Positions 18,701 through 24,670 of a stretch of DNA of 34,140 nucleotides are shown here, in pieces (position 1 is the stretch's first letter; every line of letters starts with the position of its first letter). Source of the DNA: an uncultured Candidatus Peribacteria bacterium (GTDB lineage: Bacteria; Patescibacteriota; Gracilibacteria; UBA4473); assembly GCA_964625805.1 (NCBI GenBank), contig CAZVBV010000002.1, positions 1 through 34,140 on the forward strand. The letters run 5' to 3'. A program made the position numbers and the translations under genes. Below the pieces are notes generated by a model, which worked only from the letters and a program-made list of their open reading frames with translations, was not told the origin of the DNA and did no database searches.

Positions 18701-20058
18701 GTCGTAAGTACTTTCTTTTGGGGGGCAAGAATCTGATCAAGTTCCTTTACTTTTCGAGCATAAAAATCACTTCGTGTTTTAGCGACATTTTGATATTGAT
18801 AATTGTAAACTGCGTAACGAACAAGATCGTTATAAAGTGCATCTGCAGCTCTCTTAATATTTTCTATTTCTACTTGGCGCTCTGCCTCGAATTTCACATT
18901 CCAATCTTCTCTCACCATGGCTAAAATTTCCTGTGTTTTTTCTGGATGATTCAACAATCTATCTTCAGCTGTCGGTAGTTGTTCATCAAAAAAACTGGTT
19001 AATCCTTTTTCTGTTAGAAGTTCTCCTGAAAACTGTTTCCATCCATTTTTAAGTCGAACCGTTTCTTCTGTCATAACCATCTCTATGACTTCTTTTTCCA
19101 AAAATTCCGGGAGATCTTCTGGGAAAAATTTCCCTTGTGACAATTCTTGAATTTCTTCTTTCGAAAGCTCTGCTAAAACGCTTTGAAATGTCGATTCGAA
19201 TTCCGCTTTTTGTTTCGCTTGGCGAATAGAAATATAACTTTGAACCTGTGAAAGAAGTTCCCGTGCTTTGTTTTTGAACGTATTTTCATTTTCCAATTTG
19301 CTACTCGCTTTCTGCCAAAATTTCCATGTCTTGGGATACCAATCTGGAAATTCATATACTCTTGAATCACTTCTTACGGCACCATAAAAGGAACTATAGT
19401 TCTCATTATTTGTTTCGAATTTCTCTTTATAAAAAATATCAAGCTCCACTTCCCATTCAAGCGGTTCCCCCTCTTCTCTTTTTTTCCACCACGCTTGATA
19501 CATCACAAGAAGAACTCCCGCTGCAATTGGCAAACCTCGTTCATAGGCAAATGTTGACCAACTTACATCTGTCCCCATCGCTCGCCCATCTGCCAACATA
19601 TTTTCTTCTGTGGAAGAAAAATGTTTTTCAAAAAAGGATTCCATTTGCTCCGCGTCACCGGTTAGAAGTTCTGACTGGTTTTGAATTTTTTCTCGATACC
19701 AAAAATCATACACCTTCTGAAATGTGGTGCCGCTCAATGCTAATTTTTTACTAAACTGATTCCAGTCTTCTGGCTTTTTTAAAATAAGCCCGGCCGATGT
19801 TTCTCCATACAATCCCAAAAGTTCAAAATTATTTCTCAATAATGATTGAACGTCACTCCTTTCGAGGATGGTTTGTATTGTCGCCTCATCGAGTTCTTCA
19901 AATTGTGTAGGCGTAATAGTTCCAATCTGAATAATGTCATTTAATCGCTCCTGAGGAAGAACGGGATCAAATGCATAAACAGAATATTCCGCCATCACGA
20001 GTAAATACGTGACAACGAGGATTGTGAGGAATTTTTTATTTTTCCGAGAAAGTCTCAT
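15781..20058 (-). CDS. Giant secreted coiled-coil-rich protein with a toxin-like C-terminal tail
   Basis: About 1425 aa from ATG 20058 (the ORF track starts at TTG 20070). Signal peptide MRLSRKNKKFLTILVVTYLLVMAEYSVYA/FD. Long K/E/Q-rich helical body. A P/E/V-rich linker (SPVPEVEIPEPV). The C-terminal roughly 110 aa end in GYRSADGLRRFRMDPESLYGDNPHVHFELFD. Confidence 0.85.
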   Translation of the reverse strand: MRLSRKNKKFLTILVVTYLLVMAEYSVYAFDPVLPQERLNDIIQIGTITPTQFEELDEATIQTILERSDVQSLLRNNFELLGLYGETSAGLILKKPEDWNQFSKKLALSGTTFQKVYDFWYREKIQNQSELLTGDAEQMESFFEKHFSSTEENMLADGRAMGTDVSWSTFAYERGLPIAAGVLLVMYQAWWKKREEGEPLEWEVELDIFYKEKFETNNENYSSFYGAVRSDSRVYEFPDWYPKTWKFWQKASSKLENENTFKNKARELLSQVQSYISIRQAKQKAEFESTFQSVLAELSKEEIQELSQGKFFPEDLPEFLEKEVIEMVMTEETVRLKNGWKQFSGELLTEKGLTSFFDEQLPTAEDRLLNHPEKTQEILAMVREDWNVKFEAERQVEIENIKRAADALYNDLVRYAVYNYQYQNVAKTRSDFYARKVKELDQILAPQKKVLTTVFEKYTNSFKEKKEMIDETVRQVTYRQEFIEEIDYVTPIHEIFPYEEPLTPPSPETVETVTQEFYELYKPVFEKEEEINYLNAALVAAKLTFDATIGAQKKECDKLIATIQSKIVNVGNELVELEKKMDPSKNAVIAHAEVYSEEIERVFDKQLYELSAEHQKMITGIREYWTPYANGRDYWLSIRARHNMDASIAYYQKKYDETRKQIKAYRTGSIFKKIACTKKIREEKRKNFNDKQKQNRINYAQKRKEDPAKKQVIQYLMGLENSGPKSKFFEVQKATVLNADTIQSEISALKEMLEQPSPYDAEIQQTKEKIETPIAYTFEEYLERTGVQNNSWVVQDDWGRSKQRIGQSGDYWGQKYARYAQYIMRDYVPYDERIISTLRGLAKNAHQEAINAYNGWQGFYRQHPLLHRENMKALGARLGSLQQEDEEYRKVITEQIETLEKEVATQTASSFISAQWLNKTVEERQKDKLTATIVETEIKAFLGEDLTAVDPTELITHFSNVRDSQIIIQQNNLAASVRTAKNPLAFDESIMVAPMVRHMYFSETPEGIAQKTKYFDGITKGVSDGSLSTKDPVTYIRNDNGTYTAVYRDTGAVVGAEYAGIAQTTIRTDSNGVAITTQPATVLGQVKVSLASQQVEAVSPVPEVEIPEPVHISVVATVEEIAETPEIIAEAEAIVEAKRAEVLNIGREAEFEIETQISLQKLLSVGSPLKFGLGVLDGVKSEVEGILSLLNPLTWIEIAKVVVKFDQMKKQLMLSLLTDPVGMTEYLKENVPEVLIEGKTTIDNAWESIQASIANADDREKGAIVAAVILSFIPIGKIGKAGKLTAWVDDIAVALHKFIPQPKLAGVTIGGKTMIMDDVVRAGGKVIDYRKIDDVIAETLKLEPGQMSTSQHWLNTDEVLEATESFLGKGYVQNGPHGYRSADGLRRFRMDPESLYGDNPHVHFELFDSPNATSSSIINHVKFIP

Positions 20059-20147
20059 CTGTGGGGTCAAAAAACAATTCTCATACTTATGATTCCTTGT
20101 TCAATGGGCAAGCAGCCCAACTCGTTCCTATTTTTAACGTTTTTGAG

Positions 20148-20156
20148 ACTATACCA
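20148..20156 (-). promoter_or_regulatory. Extended -10 (TGgTATAGT on the minus strand) for the giant gene
   Basis: Plus-strand ACTATACCA at 20148-20156. Lies inside the cassette, between the right repeat and the gene start, and would give a leader of about 90 nt. Confidence 0.4.
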
Positions 20157-20195
20157 ATCACCTTCCACTAAAATGTGAAGGAAAAGTGAAAACTT

Positions 20196-20265
20196 GGCTC
20201 CGGACCCCATAGCGGTCCGGAGCCTGGACTTTTAAAAAGATACGTATCCCTGAGGATACGTATCT
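20196..20265. repeat. Right compound hairpin terminal repeat (H2+H1), inverted relative to the left end
   Basis: GGCTCCGGACC-CCATAGC-GGTCCGGAGCC (20196-20224), a 13-nt spacer, then AGATACGTATCC-CTGA-GGATACGTATCT (20238-20265). Stems are identical to the left copies. The H2 loop is the reverse complement of the left H2 loop apart from 1 nt. Confidence 0.9.
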
Positions 20266-20279
20266 AACTCTGTTCTATT

Positions 20280-20593
20280 TGGTGGGTTGGGTGGGGATAC
20301 TTGTCCCGCTCTGCGGGACTGCGTGACGTCGTCGCTTCACTCCTTGTATCGAACCCAATCGCTTCGCGATTATCTGGGTTCTCGCTCCAATACAAAAGAC
20401 AAAAAACTGTAGAGGCAAGCTCTACACTTTTTTGTCTGGTGGGTTGGGTGGGGATACTTGTCCCGCTCTGCGGGACTGCGTGACGTCGTCGCTTCACTCC
20501 TTGTATCGAACCCAATCGCTTCGCGATTATCTGGGTTCTCGCTCCAATACAAAAGACAAAAAACTGTAGAGGCAAGCTCTACACTTTTTTGTC
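20280..20593 (-). repeat. Two tandem 157-bp units (identical by eye), each beginning on the plus strand with the 17-nt tRNA-Lys 3' end
   Basis: Units span 20280-20436 and 20437-20593. Each starts TGGTGGGTTGGGTGGGG, the same 17 nt that start the tRNA-Lys gene at 20594. Each unit also holds several hairpins, including GTCCCGC-TCT-GCGGGAC, and a terminator-like stem. Confidence 0.9.
20556..20590 (-). terminator. Bidirectional rho-independent terminator just downstream of tRNA-Lys (repeated in the second unit at about 20399-20433)
   Basis: A-run, TGTAGAG (20565-20571), GCAAG, CTCTACA (20577-20583), T-run. On the minus strand a U-run follows the stem. Confidence 0.6.
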
Positions 20594-20668
20594 TGGTGGG
20601 TTGGGTGGGGCTCGAACCCACGGCCAAAAGCTTAAAAGGCTTCTGCTCTACCACTGAGCTACCAACCC
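20594..20668 (-). tRNA. tRNA-Lys (anticodon UUU), CCA encoded
   Basis: Manual cloverleaf: GGGTTGG TA GCTC AGTGGTA GAGC A GAAGC CTTTTAA GCTTT TGGCC GTGGG TTCGAGC CCCAC CCAACCC A CCA (75 nt). Confidence 0.9.
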
Positions 20669-20692
20669 GGCGCTTATATTCCTTGTTTATAA

Positions 20693-20769
20693 TGGTGGAG
20701 CTACAGGGACTCGAACCCTGAACCCCCTGCTTGCAAAGCAGGTGCTCTAGCCAATTGAGCTATAGCCCC
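20693..20769 (-). tRNA. tRNA-Ala (anticodon UGC), CCA encoded
   Basis: Manual cloverleaf: GGGGCTA TA GCTC AATTGGCTA GAGC A CCTGC TTTGCAA GCAGG GGGTT CAGGG TTCGAGT CCCTG TAGCTCC A CCA (77 nt). The G3:U70 alanine identity pair is present. Confidence 0.92.
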
Positions 20770-20774
20770 GTTTG

Positions 20775-21008
20775 TTACAAACCAGGAATAAATTTTCCGA
20801 CGGTAGCATTGAGGAAATCCCCCAATCCGCCTGCAATCCACATGAATGAAAGTATCGTAATCGCTAATCCAAGCAGTTTAATAAATGTATATGTTCCCCC
20901 TCCGCCGAACCATTTTTCTGCGAATGGAACCTCGCCCGTGAAGTTAACCACACGGTCGGAATAAATTATCATTAAGATGCCAGATGGAATCAAAAGCCAA
21001 GCAATCAT
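20775..21008 (-). CDS. Small two-TM membrane protein (hypothetical)
   Basis: 77 aa from ATG 21008 (the track starts at TTG 21026). Two hydrophobic helices flank a GGGG-containing loop. Its stop lies 5 nt upstream of tRNA-Ala. Confidence 0.5.
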   Translation of the reverse strand: MIAWLLIPSGILMIIYSDRVVNFTGEVPFAEKWFGGGGTYTFIKLLGLAITILSFMWIAGGLGDFLNATVGKFIPGL

Positions 21009-21091
21009 GTGCAACGAAAAGAACAATAAGCGCGAAGATTCTATAAATCAAGAGTTTTTTGTCAAAAGGATTTGAGAAAAACCGCTTTTTC

Positions 21092-21100
21092 TGGTACAAT
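21092..21100 (+). promoter_or_regulatory. Extended -10 TGgTACAAT, 7 nt upstream of ATG 21108
   Basis: A possible -35, TTGAGA, lies 17 nt upstream (21072-21077). Confidence 0.45.
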
Positions 21101-21107
21101 ACAAGGA

Positions 21108-22088
21108 ATGAAAAAGATATTTCTATCGATTCTCTGTGGACTTTTCTTAACAACGGGTATGAGTGTTGTTTCTGCAACTGATAATCTATTGCCACTTGAT
21201 GGAACGAATTACGACAAGGTTATGACCGATGATAATATTCTTGGTAAGATTATCACTATTCAGGACAACGACAGTAAGACTAATGAGTCTTTATCTAAGA
21301 CTGACGATACTTTGAAAGCTATATTTAGAGGAAAGAAAGATGGCGGCAAAGGTCTTATCTTTAGAATAAATATGGTTTTAGGGGCTATTGCTATTCTTTT
21401 CTTGTCTATATTGGGACTCAAATTTGTCGTGTCCCAAGGAGATGAAGACCATATGACAAAATACAAAACACAGTTTGGATACATAATTATGGGCTTGGCT
21501 ATTATTTCTGCAGCTGAGTTTGTGGCTTTTGATTTTCTTGATCCTTCGGGGGGAAACGATATTTTACAAAGCTCGGACTTTACAGATGCATTTTATAAAA
21601 AAATAAATCAAATTAAACTTTTTATTGAAATCCTTGTGGTGGGAGTTGTTCTCGTAAAAATGCTTATGTCTGGATACGACCTTATTGTTCGAAGTGAACA
21701 AGATGAAGCGATTGCTAAAGAAAAAACCTTCTTTCAATCTTTTCTTTTTGGAACGATCCTTATCTTACTCGCAGAAGTTATTGCTCGCATTTTGAGTGGA
21801 AGTAAAACAAAGGGGAATGATGGGGCTGTCGATCTAGAAAGCATTGGTACAGAAGTTTCAGAAGGTGCTAAAGCTGGGATTTCTGAAATCGTTGGTCTTG
21901 TCGATTTCTCACTTTCGTTCCTCGCTGTTATGTCCGTTATTATGCTTATACTAGCAAGTACTTACTATGTAATGAGTTTTGGGAATGAAGAGCAAATGGG
22001 TCGTGCAAAACGAATTGTGGTTTCCTGTGTCATTGGTGCTATTGTGGCGGTATCCTCGTTTACTATTGCTCGTTTTGTTATTGGATGA
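21108..22088 (+). CDS. Secreted/membrane protein with three VirB2/T4SS-pilin-like hairpin modules
   Basis: Signal peptide MKKIFLSILCGLFLTTGMSVVSA/TD. Three repeats of hydrophobic helix, acidic loop ending in K/R, hydrophobic helix: ...KFVVSQGDEDHMTKYKTQF..., ...LIVRSEQDEAIAKEKTFF..., ...YVMSFGNEEQMGRAKRIV... I prefer ATG 21108. Confidence 0.8.
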   Translation: MKKIFLSILCGLFLTTGMSVVSATDNLLPLDGTNYDKVMTDDNILGKIITIQDNDSKTNESLSKTDDTLKAIFRGKKDGGKGLIFRINMVLGAIAILFLSILGLKFVVSQGDEDHMTKYKTQFGYIIMGLAIISAAEFVAFDFLDPSGGNDILQSSDFTDAFYKKINQIKLFIEILVVGVVLVKMLMSGYDLIVRSEQDEAIAKEKTFFQSFLFGTILILLAEVIARILSGSKTKGNDGAVDLESIGTEVSEGAKAGISEIVGLVDFSLSFLAVMSVIMLILASTYYVMSFGNEEQMGRAKRIVVSCVIGAIVAVSSFTIARFVIG

Positions 22089-23059
22089 AAAAATTTCTTT
22101 TAATCGGATTACTTTCTCTTTCGTTCCTCTTTATTGGAGGGAATACTTTGTACGCCGTAGATGCTCCTACAACAATCGATATTTTTGGGCGAGGGGTAGA
22201 AGATTTTGATCTGTCTAAACAAACGGATCTTTTTGACTACACAATTTATAAAAAACCTGATGGCACTGGTGAGAAGGAAGCCCTCACTGGAGAATACTCT
22301 TTTCGATTCATGGTCGAGAATGTAATTAATTACATTAAGAAACTTCTTGTCCCTATTACAATCCTTTTTATTGTGTGGGCAGGTACGACCCTTATTCTTT
22401 CCTCTGGGGAAGAAGAAGAATTTGATCGAAGAAAACGCATGGTATATGCCGCCTTTTTCGGGTGGATGATTTTACTGACAGCAGTTGTCTTGGTGGATTA
22501 TGTTTTCTTTGGGCAAACAGGGGAGATCTTCAGGGATACAACAACTGCAACTGTTGAGACGCTTGCTCAACGAGGAGTAACCGAACTCCAAGGACTCTTT
22601 AAATATTTAGTCACTTTTGCTGTAGCGGTCGGAGTCGCTTTTGTTGTCTTTTCTGCACTTAAATTAATCTTAGCTGGAGGAGAAGACGAAGCGCAGATTT
22701 CAAATATAAAGAAACGAATAGTTTATACCGCTGGAGGGATGGCGCTTTTGGTTTCTGCAGAAAAACTTGTTTCTTTTTTCTCAACAAAAGTTCGAAATGG
22801 AAGTGATGTCATGATGCTTTCAACTCCTGATATTCCCGACACAATCCGATTTATTGTAGATTGGGGAAATTTCCTCCTGGGACTCATTGGAACAATATCC
22901 GTGCTAATGCTTGTATGGGGAGGTGTTCGTCTTATCGCGAACTTCGGAGTCGATGAACAAGCTATCGATAACGCAAAAAAAACTATTATGGCTGCCGCCA
23001 TTGGTCTCGTTCTCGCCTTCTCGGCGTGGACTTTGATGTGGTTTTTCCTCGTTCACTAA
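22085..23059 (+). CDS. Second secreted/membrane protein with three VirB2/T4SS-pilin-like modules
   Basis: ATGA overlap with the previous gene. Signal peptide MKKFLLIGLLSLSFLFIGGNTLYA/VD. Module loops are LILSSGEEEEFDRRKRMV, LILAGGEDEAQISNIKKRIV and LIANFGVDEQAIDNAKKTIM, each flanked by hydrophobic helices. Confidence 0.8.
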   Translation: MKKFLLIGLLSLSFLFIGGNTLYAVDAPTTIDIFGRGVEDFDLSKQTDLFDYTIYKKPDGTGEKEALTGEYSFRFMVENVINYIKKLLVPITILFIVWAGTTLILSSGEEEEFDRRKRMVYAAFFGWMILLTAVVLVDYVFFGQTGEIFRDTTTATVETLAQRGVTELQGLFKYLVTFAVAVGVAFVVFSALKLILAGGEDEAQISNIKKRIVYTAGGMALLVSAEKLVSFFSTKVRNGSDVMMLSTPDIPDTIRFIVDWGNFLLGLIGTISVLMLVWGGVRLIANFGVDEQAIDNAKKTIMAAAIGLVLAFSAWTLMWFFLVH

Positions 23060-23359
23060 AAATAAGTCTACGAGACTACAAGATTACAATCTATTTTTTT
23101 GTAATCCAAATTTGCTATCTCTTGGGGGTTTGGGGACGAGAAGTGTTTGAGCGCCAACGGGACTCGGTAAAAATGTGCTATGCCAATGAGAGCGAGTTTT
23201 CTTGTCCCCAGAACTTTTTGGTTCTTTTTGGTTACAAAAAGAACATTCTCCTCGATATCTATCTTTAATAAAGGATCCCACATATCCCTTCGGGATTCTG
23301 TGATGACAGAGAGCGAATTGCATTTTTCCCCTTTTCGGGTACAAATTAATTCCCTGATA

Positions 23360-24406
23360 ATGAAAAACAAACAAACATTTACGCACTCTCTCCTCGATTG
23401 GTATAAAGTGAACCGTCGAGATTTACCATGGAGACACACAACCGATCCTTACGAAATTTGGATTTCTGAAATTATGCTCCAACAAACGCAGGTTTCTCGT
23501 GTGGAGAAAGATTTTTATTCTCAGTTTTTAACAGCCTTCCCCACCGTTGAAGATTTGGCGAATGCGACGTGGGAAGACGTGTATCCTGTCTGGAAAGGAC
23601 TCGGATACTATGTTCGTGGAAAGAACGTCTTGAAGGCGGCTCAGAAGATTGTGAAGGACTTTGGAGGGAAACTCCCTCGTGATAAACAGAAACTTGAATC
23701 GCTCCCAGGAATTGGCGAATACACCGCTCGTGCTATCTTGGCATTTGCGTGGGATGAACAAATTCCTGCCATTGATACGAATATTTCGAAAATAATTTCT
23801 GTTCTTTGGGTTGGGGAAAATATTGAATCGGTTGCAAAAGAACTCGTGTCCTATGCCACAAGCGGACGGGATTGGAATAATGCCATGATGGATCTGGCAA
23901 CGGTCTTACGAGCCGGAGGAACAATTGATGCGCCTCTTCATGCTTTCTTTCCGACAATTACACGTGATCTTTTTATTCCTGAACGGAATGCGAGAGGCGT
24001 TTCTAAGAAAAAAAAGTTTCGAATCGAAGTCGGTGCAGCCTGTATTTATCAGGATGGAAAATATTTAATTCAAACGCGGCCAGAAGGAAAAAGCTTTGTT
24101 GGGAAATGGGAATTCCCTGGCGGAAAAAGAGAAAAAGGAGAAAACTTTCGAACGTGCGTGAAACGGGAAATTAAAGAAGAACTCGATATTGAAGTTTCCG
24201 TTCGTCCTCATTTTTATGAAATAATTTTGCCGTTTAATAAGGTCGAACTCTTGCTTCGATTTCATCGATGTCAGATTCAAAAAGGTGAACCAAATCCCCT
24301 TGAAGGACAAAAACTTGATTGGGTAGCCCCTGTAGATTTCGACAAGGTTGAATTTCTTGATACAAACGGTGGAGCGTTGGAAAAATTAAAAACAATGCGA
24401 GTGTGA
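23360..24406 (+). CDS. mutY: MutY-like adenine DNA glycosylase fused to a MutT-like Nudix domain; no Fe-S cluster cysteines
   Basis: DLPWRHTTDPYEIWISEIMLQQTQV, GLGYYVRGKNVLKAAQ and GIGEYTARAILAFAW..IPAIDTN place it in the HhH-GPD/MutY family. The C-terminus carries GKWEFPGGKREKGENFRTCVKREIKEELDI, a near-canonical Nudix box. The start is uncertain (23360 preferred; 23303 or 23180 possible). Confidence 0.85.
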   Translation: MKNKQTFTHSLLDWYKVNRRDLPWRHTTDPYEIWISEIMLQQTQVSRVEKDFYSQFLTAFPTVEDLANATWEDVYPVWKGLGYYVRGKNVLKAAQKIVKDFGGKLPRDKQKLESLPGIGEYTARAILAFAWDEQIPAIDTNISKIISVLWVGENIESVAKELVSYATSGRDWNNAMMDLATVLRAGGTIDAPLHAFFPTITRDLFIPERNARGVSKKKKFRIEVGAACIYQDGKYLIQTRPEGKSFVGKWEFPGGKREKGENFRTCVKREIKEELDIEVSVRPHFYEIILPFNKVELLLRFHRCQIQKGEPNPLEGQKLDWVAPVDFDKVEFLDTNGGALEKLKTMRV

Positions 24407-24450
24407 AACCATTTACGATTTACGATTTCGGATTGCTGATTTTTCTTTCC

Positions 24451-24529
24451 CTGTCATTCCGGCTTGCCCGGAATCGGATAAGGATTCTTCACTTGCATGG
24501 AAGCGCTTAGCGCCACACCTGTTTTATTT
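24451..24529 (+). repeat. REP/MITE-like element, copy A
   Basis: CTGTCATTCCGG-CTTGC-CCGGAATCGGATA...GGAAGCGCTTAGCGCC...GTTTTATTT. The hairpin is ATTCCGG/CCGGAAT at 24456-24474. Confidence 0.7.
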
Positions 24530-24670
24530 CTAGAAATTATAAATTTTCTTCTCTCCTTTTTAACTCTTTAACTCTTTGTCTTTTTAACTTGTCCTATCCT
24601 TAAGCTTATTAACTTGTCGACTCGTGAGCTCGTTGACTTCAAAGCTTCTTTTGGGCTAAAATTGCGAACG

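Larger units (their letters stand above)
15461..20265. mobile_element. Candidate non-autonomous mobile cassette (TIR-bounded, no transposase)
   Basis: Terminal inverted repeats of 61 and 70 bp. AACTCT occurs outside both ends (15454-15459 and 20266-20271). The cargo is two genes with their own promoter. Lies 14 nt from a tRNA-Lys att-like repeat array. That these hairpins are simply shared terminators cannot be excluded. Confidence 0.35.

Noticed and set aside
20280-20593. Possible CRISPR array
   Set aside because: There are only two long (157-bp) directly abutting identical units with no unique spacers. The repeat begins with a tRNA 3' end. No cas genes are present in the window.
20264-20654. 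ORFs of 60-103 aa on both strands across the tandem repeats and tRNA-Lys
   Set aside because: They are read-through of two identical 157-bp units. The unit length is not a multiple of 3, so the frame changes between copies, and they overlap a tRNA gene. These are artefacts of the repeat.
23068-23283. 71-aa minus-strand ORF between the triple-pilin operon and mutY
   Set aside because: It reads through several perfect palindromes, including a 9-bp stem, and has no recognisable domain. More likely this is non-coding, structured DNA or RNA. It is mentioned under findings as part of the unexplained gap.
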